From positions 71,672,001 through 71,736,000 of the forward strand of contig OX597820.1 of the NCBI GenBank assembly GCA_951406725.2: a DNA stretch of 64,000 nucleotides, written 5' to 3'. The notes under the pieces were generated by a model. That model was not told where the DNA came from and ran no database searches. It worked only from the letters and a program-made list of their open reading frames with translations. Positions within the stretch are counted from its first letter, which is position 1. The number at the start of each line of letters is the position of its first letter. Shown here piece by piece: positions 40,158 to 54,699 of this stretch. The stretch is from Octopus vulgaris. Lineage: Eukaryota. Made by a program: the position numbers and the translations under genes.

Positions 40158-40603
40158 ATATGCAAGATAGAAGGATGTTTGATAAAAATAACAGAATGCA
40201 TTTCACAAAATACCTCTACTGAATATTGAAAATACAGAGACATTAGAGAAGCAATAAAGTAGAAAATAGTTGATATGTTTAGATCAAAGGCATATAATGA
40301 AATACATATAAATCAAATATTGATATATGTATCCTTAGTTCACTTAAATATACAAATTGGTCTCACTTTTCTCTTACATAAAGAATAGGAAACAACACTG
40401 TCCAGTAGCAGTAATGGTAGTAGTGCTTTGATATCAAACATGGAACCTGAATATTTTAGAACAGAGACAATGTCAAGTTGTGATATCTTTGTTTATTACA
40501 GTAGATTTGGTGAATGTAAGTGAGATAAAGAGAGTTTGACTGGAAGTCCTGGTTGAAAGCTAATTTTACTGGGAACTCATAATTCCCTTATAACCCTCAT
40601 AAA

Positions 40604-40973
<370 letters not shown>

Positions 40974-40979
40974 TAATCA

Positions 40980-41334
40980 ATTTTTTGCCACAAGGACAGC
41001 TTGTGGGAGGTGGGAATGAGTTGATTACATCAACACCAGTGTTCAACTAGTACTTATTTTATCAACCCCAAAGGATGACAGACAATAAAGAAATGAATAC
41101 TACTACTACTACTACTACTGATAATAATAGTAATAATAATCCTTTCTGTTATAGACACATGGCCTGAAATTTTAGGGAGTAGGCTAGTCAGTTACATTGA
41201 CCCCAGTACTTGACTAATTCTTGATTTATCAACCCCGAATGGATGAAAGGCAAAGTCAACCTTGGCAGAATTTGAATTCATGATGTAAGCATTTTGCCTG
41301 ACATGTTAATGATTCTGCCAGCTCACCACCTTAT

Positions 41335-41418
<84 letters not shown>

Positions 41419-41560
41419 AAATAACGGTAATTTCAAATTTTGGCACCTGGCCAGCAATCCCAGAAGAAGGAATAAGTCGATTACATGGTCCCCAGTGCTC
41501 AACTTCTACTTATTTTATTGACTCTGAAAGGATGAAAGGCTAAGTTAACCTCAGTGGGAA
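40980..41560 (-). mobile_element. Cluster of three family C SINE copies separated by (TAC)n/(AAT)n
   Basis: The block tacttattttat.aacccc.aaaggatgaaaggcaaagtcaacc recurs at about 41050, 41220 and 41505. Confidence 0.8.
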
Positions 41561-42279
41561 ATAATAACCATAATCTCTTGAAATAAGACTTTTGTGCAAG
41601 AGAAGTGGATTAAGTGAATAGCATCAAATAAAGATGAAAGGTTAATTCAGCCTTGATTCATCTGAATACTGAAATGAGAGAAACTATTCTTGATGGTATA
41701 CAACATTTTGTTTAGCATTCTACAATTTGCACAAATATATCTGCCATTAGGATAATGAAATTAATTTCAGTTTCATTAGTAAAACATTAGTGACATTAGA
41801 ATATTTCAAATGCAAATAGCATAAGGTCTCAATAATGAATATATTACTGTCAAATATATAACTAAAACGAGGATGAAAATGCTGTTTAATCAAACAAAAT
41901 CAAGCTCAGTGATAGGCAAAAATCAGTTGAGCACTAAATAAAGTGTGTTGTGCTATTTACTTATATCGCTTTATATTCTTGAGTTCATAAATCTTTCACA
42001 GTAGTTTTGCATTTCATCTTCTTAGAGTTGATAAATTAAGTACCATTCAAGTATCAGAATTGATTTTAGGAACTGTGCTCAAGAAGATCTACACCTATTA
42101 ATGTATAATTGAAGTACTGAATAGCATAATATATATATATATATATTCACACAGTGTATGCATACAACTAAAGGTTGTGGAAGCATAATGTTTATGAACA
42201 CTATACACACAACTGGATTCTTCAGTCTGTCAAGTCTACAACAGCTGCTTCTTTCCTCTTTTTCCTTTCCCTTCTTTTC

Positions 42280-43148
42280 ATTTCTTGTTTTCCCATCCAT
42301 TCACCTGGGTCCCTCCATGAACCATTCCTATTGACAACCATCCCTAATCTTAAGATTATCACCCCACTTCCATATTTACCATCATTTTCATCCTTGTTCA
42401 CACTCTCACCCTTGTTTTATCCATCTCTCATTTCCCACACTCTTGCAACCTCTAACTCCACCCCTCATCTTCCTGCTACTTTTCTCCATCACTGTTAATA
42501 CAAACCATATACCATTTCTATACTGCCAGGCACTGCTCCCTCAACTCTGAATTACTCCCAGTTAATATCTATCCATCATCGTTAACATTGTTCCACCACC
42601 AATCGTACTTATCATCAACTCACTCTCCCTCCTCACTTTTCCAACCTTCCCCACCCAGATGATTCCCCTGTCTCCATGCTTTCTTCTACTTACCATTTTG
42701 GATATGTCTCCTTGAGAGTATATTCTGGCACCTCCTTATCACCATATTTACCACTTTTTCTGGTACCACTTTTGCCTATTCATGTTCTACACATCACCTT
42801 GAATCTCCCCACAGCATACCTATTGCTCCTCCTCTCATCATACTTGAAACTCTCAACACCTTGCATAAAACGCGCACTCAGTCTCTTATTCTCCCTGTCA
42901 ATCAAGGAGTCTGTTTTGTTTTGCAAGTTATAAGATGACCTCATTGTAGTACTGATGCCATGGAAATAGCACCATGTACACTCAGCAAAGTGGTTTGTAT
43001 AAGAAAGAACATCCAGCCAGCCATGGAAATCATGATGAAACTGAGACACTGGAGCAAGATGTGGTTCTCTAACTGGTTAGGTCTTGTCAAACCATCCAGT
43101 TCATAATAGAATGTATAAATAATGATGATGATGATGATGATAATGATA
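42280..43148 (+). mobile_element. Old RTE-type 3' UTR (pyrimidine-rich tract and tail), plus orientation
   Basis: A CT-rich tract, then gtactgatgccatggaaatagcacc...gtggtttgtataagaaagaacatccagcc...gtcaaaccatcc...(gat)n; it mirrors 27437-28480. Confidence 0.55.
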
Positions 43149-43312
43149 GAATTCTTACATAAAATATGTGATCTATTGAATAAGAGTTTGTTCTTGATTG
43201 CCTAAAAGTTTGAGCTGTGATATCTTGTTTATTGTCTTTCACCATATTTTTTTTATCACCCGACTCTTATTGGTACACCTAATATTATTTTTTTACCATA
43301 CAATTATTATTA

Positions 43313-43351
<39 letters not shown>

Positions 43352-44449
43352 GTTATTATTAATGCTCACATCCTGCTTATTCTTTTTCAAGGTTCTTTTA
43401 GTTCAATATTTTTCAACATACTTCCAGGCATTATTTTGATCAAAAATAATTCAAGATAAAAGATTGCTTTTGATTTTGATGTGTGGATCATTTCATCCTT
43501 TTAATTTGGATATTCTTCAGTGTGTTGTAGTCTTACCATTATCACATTATCACTTCATAAGTGGAAGTATCTGCATATTGCCCAATGTATGTTTACACAT
43601 TGAGAGAGAGAGGTGGGGAGAGAGAAAGAAAGAGAGAGAGAGAGAGAGACCTGTTTAAACATGTAAATGCATTTCATCTTTGTGTGGACTAGATATTGTA
43701 TTGGCATTAGAATAGAGTTTAATTACTTTACTTTGGCTAATTTTTTTGTTTTAATTGCTAAATCAGAATTTCCTTTTCAGTCATTGCTGACTTTCATGTT
43801 AGCTCATCTCCTTTCTGCCTGCAAGATACTGTTAATAGATGAGTTTTATACAACTTGCTTTTTAAAAAAATCGGGGTTACTGTGGTTGCAAAATTTTTTA
43901 AAGATATTTTATTTTAAGTCATTGCTTGCTCCTCAATAAACTTTAGCTCAGCGTATACCTTATTCCCCCCCCCCACCACCGTAATATAGAACAATTTATT
44001 TTTTCTTTCTTTCTCCCCCCCCCCCCCGTTCCCTTATGTTCTCTTCTGAGTGTTTTGCTAGACCAGCTGGTTACTTTGTTTCAAAGCTGTTTCTCCTTGT
44101 TGGATTTAGAATTCAGCTGTTAATTTTTTTTTCTTTTTGCGTGTCTAACCTCCCAAGGCCTTTTATAGTGAAGCTGTCACTTATGACAAGGACAATTAAT
44201 GAATTTATACTTGATTCCTTCTTGCACCGGCTAGTCGTTATTTTTTTGCAATATTAGTTTTGTTGTTCAATTCTACTCTCTTGCATTTCTCTCCTTCCTT
44301 TCTGTATGTTGAGTTCAAAAAATTTCTTCTGTACTGGGTATGGGCGATTATGCACTGTTTACCTGATTTCAGAGTCTAGATATAATTTTATATTTTGAGT
44401 TTTAATAATTTTAGATCTTGTTAAATGATTAGCTTTTTAGGTGTAACAA

Positions 44450-44601
44450 TGATTCTCTGGTTTACAGTTCATTTTGCAACTACTTGGGTTTGGATTACAT
44501 CCTACCCAAGTCATTTCATCTCGAGCAACTCCCTTCTAATATAGAGGAGTGATCAATGTCTTGTCTGTGATATTTGGTTGATGGAAACTTAATGGAAGTC
44601 C

Positions 44602-44639
<38 letters not shown>

Positions 44640-44640
44640 A
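44450..44640 (+). mobile_element. Degenerate family A SINE head
   Basis: tctggtttacag..cttgggtttgga...tgtcttgtctgtgatatttggttgatggaaact..gaagtccatt(gt)n. Confidence 0.55.
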
Positions 44641-46622
44641 GTGTGGTGATATTAGTTTATGTCTCCCATAAACAAAATATCCCATTGCTTGGTTTATTTG
44701 TTGATTTTGATGTGTGAATGTCAGTGGAATAAAACTATCATATTTGAAAAAGGAAAAATAATAAAAAAAGCTAAGGATTAGCGACAGGAATGACATACTG
44801 CTATGGAGACAGGAAGGATAGTGACAAGAAGGACATACTGCTATAATGACTGGAAGGATATACTTCTCCTTAATAAGTTTCATCCAACCCATACCAGCCT
44901 GATAACAATGGACATAAAAATTATGATGATGATGGTGGTTATGGTGGTGGGGAATGATAAAAATGATGATTACAGCTTTGATGGTTTTTGTTGTAGAAGG
45001 AAGAGTAGTAGCCTTGATCATTTTTTGGAGACTAACAGAAGGAAGTAGCTCTCGGGCTGAAATAATGGTAAAAATGCTTCTAACTGGGTATACTCTGCTA
45101 AAGGTACCTGGAGGCCTGTTAGGGGTTTTAAACTGAACAACTGAATAAGTTTTCCATCCAAGAACAGGTATGGTCCCTCAGTGGACTTTTATGCAGCTTC
45201 TATCTTTCAAATTTTGTTCACAAAAGGAGTGGTAGAAGACACTTCCCCAAGATACCTTACTGTAATATTGAACCTGAATCCACTTAGTTGGGATGAAAAC
45301 TACTTAACTATACACCGTACCTGTGTCCTTACTCTCACATCTGTATCTTTACAACAGTTTCTTTGGGTTGTTGTTGCTTAGCACCAGATCAGCCTTAATC
45401 AAACAGACTTATGATCAAAGCTGCTCCACCTGTAAACAGCACATCATTTATCCAGATACATCTACAACTAAATAGGTTGTGATTTGGCAAAAATTCAGCT
45501 GCTAATGCTATCAGGCTGCTCAACAGTAATGAAGTTCATATGTTGGCTTGTGAGTGTCCCTAGTTAACTTTTAGTACATTTTGCTTCAGGTGACTTTAAT
45601 ATTGGAGATTGTCACTGCATTTTCATTTAACCAAGTTCATAACTGTTGTATCACACATTCATTTATATTGTGGCACAATCCATTTGGAGCCAACCAAATA
45701 GGAGTGTTCTACTTCTTAACAACAATAACTTTAATGAGAAATTCATAAATTATTTCATTTCCAGTCATAATAATATATTATATGATTTTAAAATTTCCCT
45801 TTGCTAAGCACTTTATATTTCTCTCTACCTCTGCAACAAACATTTTAACCATGTAATTCTTCTCTTCATGTCTTCAACATTTCTCTCCTTCTCTTCTTCT
45901 CTTCACCTCTTACTTCCACTAACCACATGAGTGACAGCATAATGCATTCACTAGCTAACTCCTTTCTCACATACTCTCACAATCCTGCTTCCACTCTCTC
46001 ACTCCACCTCCTCCTCCGGTCTAACAAACTAAGGCATAAAATGTGAGTGAACAGGTAGAAAAATAGTATAGATTGAGTTCAATAAAAAAGATACTTTTCA
46101 CTATAAACACACCAACATCACCACCACCACCATCATCACCATCACTATAACTTTTAGTAACAAAGCTCATTCCATTTAATTTCTGTCCAGCTGTTTGTTT
46201 CTATCTACTTTTTCTTGCTGTTGATGTATCTCTACTCTTATAATACAAATACTATCTCTCTCTCTCTCAATGTTATTACCTTCTCTGCCCATCTCTCCTT
46301 ATCTGCCTTCCTTTAACCTCACCACTCAGAACATCACCCTCCACTGAATATTGTATCCTGGACATATCTCTTTCTGTTTTACTTTCACTCTTTCACCTAT
46401 TAACACATTGTTAACACTTCTCTCCCCTTTTCTTTCACCATCTTTTTCTCTTGCTCTTCGCCTCTCCATTCAACTAACCCTGTGATGCAATTGGACTCTG
46501 TGTATCTTTCTTCTCTACTCACGCTTGTCTCCCCCCTCTTTCTCTCTCACTTCTACTCCAGCTCACACTCACTCCACCTCCCTAACTAACTAAAGTGTAA
46601 CAGGTGAATGAACAAGCAGATT

Positions 46623-46748
46623 CTTTTCTACTAGGCACAAGGCCCGAAATCTTTGGGAAGGGGGTCAGTCGATCAGATCAACCCCAGTATGCAAATGGTA
46701 CTTAATTTATTGACTCCAGAAGGATGAAAGGTAAAGTCGACCTCAGCG
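46623..46748 (-). mobile_element. 5'-truncated family C SINE with a 17-bp TSD
   Basis: ggtacttaatttattgactccagaaggatgaaaggtaaagtcgacctcagcgg. TSD gaatgaacaag(c/t)agatt at 46606-46622 and 46749-46765. Confidence 0.85.
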
Positions 46749-48118
46749 GAATGAACAAGTAGATTATTATATTGATAGACCATGCTTGTGGTATATTTCT
46801 TTTGTCTTTCTTTTCTCTCTTCTATCATATACATTGTGCAACTTTATTATATGTATAATTGTGTTCTGCCAATCTATTCAAATATGAATTACATTTTCTT
46901 TTATAGGTGTAATGTTTTTTTTTATTTGTGTGGAAGGTTTTAGTTTGTGGTTCAAGCTCTTAATTCTGTTGGAAAAAATTACTCAGTTTTATCAAACTGT
47001 TTTTATTAACAAGTTTTTGCCAGAACCAGTTGTCTAAATTTATTTTTTGGCTAACTTGGATCAGTTCCCATTACATTTTTTGACAACTTTGATTTGAAAA
47101 AGAAAAAGAACTATTTGTCCATGTAACTGGGATACATAATTTTGATATCTGACTTGAATGTGCAGGAGAGCAGAGCACCTGTTTTTGTTACCATCATTTT
47201 ATGACGGTTTGATACTATGTGTCTATCCAAGTAACTGATCACTGAAATATTTCAATGTTGATGACTCTGACAATATTTGTCTCACAAATATCTTCTATTG
47301 ATATTTAGCAATATGATTGACATCATTTAAAATTATGAAATCCAGCTCAAGAAAGCAGTTAACTGTTCTTTTGTTAAGCTCTGACAAGGAAAAAGAAATT
47401 ATGACTTCAATAATGCATTGTATTAAATGTGTGTGTGTGTGTGTGCGTGTGTGTGTGTGTGTGCGTGTGTGTGCATGTGTGTGCATCCATGTATGTGCGT
47501 GTAATATGATGCACATAAGGTTTTTACTATGTGTGTGTATGTGTTTATATATGTGTGTGTGTATATATATGTATGTATACACACACACACACACACATGC
47601 ATATATATATGAAACTTATATATGTGGATGATATTACTACAAGCTATTATTAAATTTTTTTTGTAAACATATTAATATCAGAAATGTAATCTAGATATCA
47701 ATCTCAATCAATGCTCTGTATACTTTTCCTTTATTGAGTACAACTTGCACCTCTTCATGAGTGCTTACTCTGCCAAAAATATCAACCAAATCAGCCTCAA
47801 ATTACATCCTTTTGTCTTAAATGAAAAACACATTCAATAATGTAACCCCTAAACAGCTTTATGCAAGATGGTCAAACTGAAATGTTTTGCATAGTTTTCT
47901 TTTCTTTTGTAAAGAAAAAGCAGAAAGTTACATGGAACAAAATATTCTTAATGGTATTTTGTTGACAATGTTCAGAGTATTAGATTCCCAGATGAAGCCA
48001 TTGGAAACATTGATTACTTCACTATGTTCTGAAGGGAATAATTTAAGATGAGGAATGTTATTGAGAATGGCATGGAATTATTTTGTATTGAAATAATGAA
48101 TTTTATGTTCAGGTATCA

Positions 48119-48344
48119 TTAACCTTTCTGTTACAATAATGCTGTTGAAGTATGACACCTTTGCTCCAATTAATTTTGAAAATATTGAAGAATTTAGGAA
48201 AATAACTTTGTCATTATTGAACAGGTTTTTAAAACACAAATTAGGCTGGAATTTTGATGGAAGGTTTTAATTTGGATCACTTTAAACTGCGAGTTGTATC
48301 AGAACCAAGGATGTTCCCAGATGGATTGGTATCAAGAGCATTAA
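48119..48344. mobile_element. Degenerate TTAA-flanked (piggyBac-like) MITE
   Basis: ttaacctttctgttac ... ggtatcaagagcattaa; imperfect TIRs with TTAA at both ends. Confidence 0.45.
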
Positions 48345-49179
48345 ATATGATCACCTCTTAAAGCCTATATTGGAATATATCATGACAAAATAGCTAGGAA
48401 AAACAAACAGATTTCACATGGGTGCACACACACACACATGCTGTCTCTCTCTCTCTCTCTCTCTCTCACTCACTCACTCACTCACTCACTGAGTACATGA
48501 AATTCTCTTTTATTTTCTACATATCACCAAAAATATATTTCTCCTGGCTTAAGTGGTCTGATAGTTCTACTTGGTTAAATAGTATTTGTTTTCTTTTAAA
48601 AGTTTGTAAAGTGTAGTTTTGAAATGAGACAGCAATTCATGCAGAGAGGAGTGACAATTTTTTATTATAACAAACATTAAAATCAGGATTTGAGATAAAT
48701 GTGTTGTAGACTTAGTGTTATCTACATGTTCTTGAAATTAAGCTGTTTCAGGTAACACATGTATTTTGAATGAAAAATGTTGAGATAAAAGAAAAGAAAT
48801 TGTGTGGCTGAGAGCCTGATGGAAGTGAATATGACAAATCAATGTCTTATTCAATTGAAACATGTCTTGTATGAATCATGTGTAGACAATGATCAGTTCT
48901 ACTGATTCCAGCTCTAACTGAATTCTGAGTAAAGAGAGAAAGCTTCAGTTCCACTTATAGACAGTACATGACTATATCATTGCTTTAACAAAACAGTGAG
49001 AAATGGTGACTGACAAAGCTCCACCAGTTGTGTAATATTCACTACAAATATGACAGTGAAGAAGTTCAATTTGCTGCTCTGTTGTTTGGGTTTGTCCCTG
49101 CTGTGTGACACTGTGTGCAGTTGTCTTTAATTATAGTTTTAGGCTTTAGCAGATGCTTTAGTACAAAAGCATCGACAGA

Positions 49180-49590
49180 GGTATCAAACTGATGGGCTAA
49201 GTTATGACAGTGACAAAAATAGTTACAGCACAGCTTTTTACTTAGATACAATTTGAGTTTGTGATAGGATGTAACTGCACAGCATCGGCCATTCATTGAC
49301 CTGGAGAAGTCTTTTGAATGGAAACTACACTCTGTAGATTAGTGACCATGAAGAAACGTAGGTGTAGATGAGTGACTGTCAACTTTGAGATTTAACATTT
49401 AGTTCAGTGTCCTGGTAAGTGTCTATCAGGGCTCTGTTCTGAGCTCCTTACTTATTTATTATAGTTCTCAATGCTTAAGTTGTTCACAAAACAGCTTGTT
49501 TTAAACTTCCCACAGCAGAATCTAGAATAATTAGAGGAAAGATTTCAACTGTCTAGTATCAAGAGGCTTTAAAATATACCTAGCATCAAA
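49180..49590 (+). mobile_element. Degenerate RTE RT fragment
   Basis: 'FIDLEKSF' (about 49292-49315), 'GVDE', and 'VYQGSVLSSLL' (about 49420-49452). Confidence 0.7.
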
Positions 49591-50289
49591 GTAGCTCATT
49601 ATGTGTGCATGTGTGTATGATTGGTTTTTTGCTGATATGAGTTTGACAAAATATATATTGGAACAGTATTTTTCATTGAGATGTTTTTCTTGTCTCTTAC
49701 TTTTCAAATGAGGGGTTGTTACTGCACTGGTCACAAAATACTGCCTCCTTGTTCAGCCTATGTCAGCATAGATCAAAAGCAGATATAAAATCTATGATTT
49801 TCTCTGTGTGTGTGTGTTTGTGTGTACATGTGTGTATATGCCTATATATGTTTTCTTAAAAGTGTTTATGAGAGTGTATATTTATTTGCATTATATGTAT
49901 ATTAATTATCTATGTCAAACACATCTTATGTTGGTTATTCTGAAGTATTTATTATAGGTACACCTCCAATTTTTAAATTATAAGCTTTCTACAAAATGTA
50001 AACTAATATTAAAAAAAAACCCATTTATATATCTCCACAAGCAGAAGAGTATATACATGTGTGTATTGATATGCATATGTTATACACATACACACACACA
50101 CACGGACAAAAGTACATGTGTGGAAAATGTACATACATACACATATGTAGGGATGTATGTTGAGAATATACATGTACATATGTATGTGTATTTTCGTGTG
50201 TGTATTATGTGTGTGTGTGTGGGGGAGTGTCATAATTTCTTCAGCTTTTATGTGTGCAACATGAATTCATAAATCACATAGGTTATCAC

Positions 50290-50950
50290 TAGCTTGTATG
50301 TGGATATTCATATTTGTGATTGTTGTTGAAGTTTTTCATTTTAGGATTTTTGTCCTGTATTATTAGTTTTAATTTATCATTTGATGTAGTATATTTTGGG
50401 ATTATTTGCTTTATGAGGTTCTTGACAATGTATTCATTTATTCTGTGGTGAGTATGAATTTGATTCATAAAATACACTTTATGTATGGTTTGTGCATTTT
50501 TAATAGTCATAGTTCTAATGTACTTTTTGCAGTCTATTTCATCTCTATTTATTTGTCAGAACAAATGTTTGTTTTATGAGGATTTTTTCCCTGTGCTTTC
50601 TGTAGGGAAAGGAAATCTAAATGCTTTTTTTACTAATTATTTTACCACTGACATTTTTTTTTATCTGTGTTGACATTCACTGCCTCCATGTAAAAATATG
50701 AATTTATTTATGTCTTTGGAGTAAGCGGATATGATGTGTCTATTGTTTTCTGCTTAAATGTTTGTTTAGTAATGGAGTTATTGTATTGCTAAGAATTTAT
50801 TTGTACTATTCTGGATGTTGAATTTTGATATGAAGTTGTTTTCTGTGTTCCTTTCATTTCTGGATGCGCTCTGGTGTGTACTTTATGATGAGGATATCTG
50901 TAGAATTTTGCTATTTATAATAATAGTGTTGGTGATGAGTAGAGCAATGG
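50290..50950 (-). mobile_element. Possible very degenerate Penelope-like RT fragment
   Basis: The minus strand has 'SSPTL' (MGSPLSPTLAN-like) and 'LVKKAFRF' stretches resembling 53790-53825. Confidence 0.3.
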
Positions 50951-52313
50951 CCAAGTAAAAAGATAAGGCAATAGTAAAGATGTGAATATGGAAGACTACC
51001 AAGCAATATTCAACTCCAGCTAACACATGTCTCATAATAGACATGCTAATTTTAACTTTAGAACATAAGTATAGTTAAAATATGTATTTTATTCATGGTA
51101 ATAATTACATCTGAATGAGATAGAAAATTCTGAGAGTTTTTGTTCAAGTCTCAATGGACTTCAGTAGCTTATAATATTTAATGGAAGGGATTTCTAATTG
51201 AATATGACTTCAGACAAGACTCAAATAGCATTAAACAGTTTAGAACACATTAAACTCAAAGTGAAAATATGTTATCATGCAAAATACAGAATACATAAGC
51301 TTAAAGATATGGAAGGTGATGTATGCGTGTGTGTTTGGCTGTATAAAACAGAAGCCACATAGCTGTTGTTAAGTTTAATGTAATATACAGAATCATATGC
51401 AACTAGATGATGCAAATATGTTGCAAAAGTACCATAAGAATTACAGCAAAATCGTAAGATGCCAAATAGCAGATAGAACCATTGTGGACAGAATAATTAA
51501 AATGTCTTTAATATGAGGACCAGAAGTATCTGGTTTATCATTGTTCAGCAAAATACTTGGTGAATTTTTCATTGATATAAATACAGTCAATTTTAAGAAT
51601 GACATTGAAACTGAGTATTTCCAAACACTATGTAGGTGACTGTTGTAATTCTAAAGATGACTGCTTTAATATCTGGCAGCAGTATTATGTTGAATGGTCC
51701 ATATCCTCAAAAGAACACTGCTAGAGCATCCTTTTCTGACCAGTAAAGTATCTGACAGCAATGAAGCAGTTTTATTCAGTTGTGTGAAATACCTGGGTAT
51801 TTTACGTTTTGGTTGTATTCTTGATTTTCCTCTGCATAAATTTTAATTTCAACCCTATCCCACCCTTCAAAAGCCAGCAACCATTATTTGGTCATAAGTC
51901 ACTTAGCAAATCTGTCTGTCTTTAAGGGTGCATATACCAAAAGGAAGTGATCTGACTGGCTGAAAGTAGCTATAAAACGAATCACTCATATAATGCCCCT
52001 TAATGTTGGCTGCTACATCCAGTATTTCTTCTGCACATAGATGGCTGGTAACAATAAACCATCAAATCTGGAAATAAGCATATGCGAGTGTTGCCAAGCA
52101 ATAAATGCATTATATATACTAGAAAGGAGAATATGAAATGCTGTTGTATACAAGAATATTTAAACCTAGCTATGTGTGTGACACTTACATAGATCTGTGT
52201 GTCAATACATGTGAGTTGACACAGATACCTAGTTGTGTATACATGTGAGTGAATATTTGAGTGAATATTGAGGAGTAGAGAACTGATTCAGCTACATTGT
52301 ATACTTTCTAACA

Positions 52314-52671
52314 TAGAGGCGCAATGGCCCAGTGGTTAGGGCAGTGGACTCACGGTTGTAGGATTGTGATTTTGATTCCCAGACCGAGCGTTGTGAGTGT
52401 TTATTGAGTGAAAACAACTAAAGCTCCACGAGGCTCCAGTAGGGGGTGGTGGCAAACCCTGCTGTACTCTTTCACCACAAATTTCTCTCACTCTTTCTTC
52501 CTGTTTCTGTTGTACCTCTATGTGTCATGCCGAATCTCCCTGAGAACTATATTAAGGGTACAAGTGTCTGTGGAATGATCAGCCACTTGCACATTAATTT
52601 CACAAGCAGGCTGTTCCGTTTATCGTATCAACTGGAACCCACATCATCGTAACCAAAGGAATCCCACAACA
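52314..52671 (+). mobile_element. Full-length tRNA-derived SINE (family D; resembles octopus tRNA-Arg-related OR SINEs) with a 13-bp TSD
   Basis: gaggcgcaatggcccagtggttagggcag (A box) and tttgattccc (B box). TSD atacttt(c/t)taaca at 52301-52313 and 52672-52684. Confidence 0.85.
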
Positions 52672-53577
52672 ATACTTTTTAACAGCTGAGAGGGAGGCTG
52701 ATATTCTCCTTGTCTAGAATAATATATATTATGTTGTAATATGTTTCTGTATGTTACTAGTGCTTGTGAATAAACTAAAAAGCCAAGTAAGTCTAGCAAT
52801 ATTGTTATGTATGTTTGATGGGGACTGGGCAAAGCTGTTTGGTGGTGTTAGCAGTCTGGTTAAGATAATGTAGTGTGTTGAATAACACGAGCTGCAAAAA
52901 TTGTCTACATTTACATTTAGTGGCAAAGGTCCCATTGATTATAAGTAAAACACTTCTATTATAACTGTAACTAAAAGTAGTATTTGAAAGAAGTGATGTT
53001 AGAAATTTGAGCTTAATGTGTGGGAGACTTGGAAACAGGCACTGATGTATGAAAACACACACATCATGAGTTAACTGTATGGTGTGCTGTGATTGTATGC
53101 AAGTATGGTGTGCCAGGGGTCACTAGGATAACATTGCAGAGGAGAAGGGAAAAACACTGAGCAAGCAGGAAAAACATGACTCTTGAGAAAAATATGTTTA
53201 ATAGAAGTCTGGAAATATCTAATTCCTATTTAAAAACCATTCAATCAGACATGTATCTATTCATATCAAACATTGGTGATATCAATGTAAAAAGTTTTAA
53301 TAGTTAGTGAATAAATAAAAGTGATGTTTATGAATGAAGGATGCTGAGTGAGTTCTAATACTGGTTCTATTGTAGAAATGCATATGTTAATTCTGAAATA
53401 TAAATATAGTTGAAATATGCTTTATTTATGTTAATACTAACATCTAGATAGAACAGAAACATCTACGAGTATTCTGACAATTCAAAATGGACTTCAGTAT
53501 CTAATAATGTTTAATGGAAGGAGTTTTTGATTTAAGGTTTCAGACAAGAATCACATGGTGTTAAAAGGGTGTAATAG

Positions 53578-54000
53578 ACATACCAGATATCCAGAAATTA
53601 AGAGAAGACTTAGAAAACATTTCCATATTAAAACTCATCATCCAAAGTGAAATAAAACTCTCAGTAATGCAAAACCGTCTCCTGATATATATTCAGATAG
53701 AAAACAAAAGATGTATCTGTTTACACAAAAATGCATAAATAAATGTATAAACCTACACTGAAGCAGATGCAAAAATGTTTGTTGCAGAATCGTTACTAAA
53801 AGAAGTATTTAGATTTTCCTCCTCAAACAATGCTTAGGAAATCTGCAGAATCAAATAACATCAATCAGAAGGAAAAAAATGGATATTCTAACAAACTGAT
53901 AGACCAAGCCATGAAAGTATACAAGAAGAAATGCACTGCAACAAATACATCAGTTACCATACCTTTAAAAATATACAAACCACATATAGATGCACACTAA
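53578..54000 (+). mobile_element. Degenerate Penelope-like RT C-terminal fragment
   Basis: 'THHPK' (LNSxHPxIKF-like), 'MYKPT' (VYRKPT-like) and 'KNGYSNKLIDQAMK' (LxxNGYPxxxI motif, about 53875-53916). Confidence 0.5.
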
Positions 54001-54130
54001 CTATTGTCTAGATTATTTGTTTAATGCAGGAGCCACATATGACAGACATCAGATATCTAGAAAATTAAAAGTTTGTTTCTTGGAATGTGACAATAATAAT
54101 TGTATTTAATTTTCTTTTTATTTCCTAACT

Positions 54131-54198
54131 AACGAATAGACACCTGATCCTGTTGGTTGAATACTAACAAACAGACACCTGATCCTGTTGGTTGAATA
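54131..54198. repeat. Short tandem duplication (about 35-bp period)
   Basis: agacacctgatcctgttggttgaata occurs twice. Confidence 0.9.
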
Positions 54199-54354
54199 GT
54201 CAAATAATAATTTTACACTATATGGTCTAAGAATTCAATTTAAAATAGGACAAAATTCAGACATAATATAGAAAATCTTAATTTAAGTAAAGTTTCACAA
54301 ATTTATTTGTGAATGTACATAAGTATTTTCATGTTTTACAAAGTCAATTGAAGT

Positions 54355-54552
54355 CATCATCATCATTTAACATCCATTGTCCATATTGGCATGAGTTGGA
54401 CAGTTTGACCAGAGCTGGCAAGCTGGGGAGCTGCACCAGATTCCAGTCTGATTTAGCATGATTTCTATGGCTGGATACTCTTCTTGACACCACCCACTTT
54501 ACAGTGTGTGCTGGATGCTTTTACATGGCATCACACTGGTACTTTTATGTGC
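54355..54552 (-). mobile_element. RTE 3' tail fragment
   Basis: (cat)n ttaacatccattgtccatattggcatgagttggacag...gctgcaccagattccagtctgat. Confidence 0.8.
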
Positions 54553-54699
54553 AGAAAATATTCAAGTGTTTGCTTGCTTGCTTGCTTTTAAAGTAAAAAT
54601 ATTTCCTATCAGATAATTGATAGTTGCATAGAATAAATATTCATAACACACAGATTTTTAAACTGTTGGGAAATGATTTCTTATGACTTAAGATAACTG

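Noticed and set aside
44040-44420. Esterase-like LINE ORF1 remnant (VLVISDS..KGL on the minus strand)
   Set aside because: A single weak motif only.
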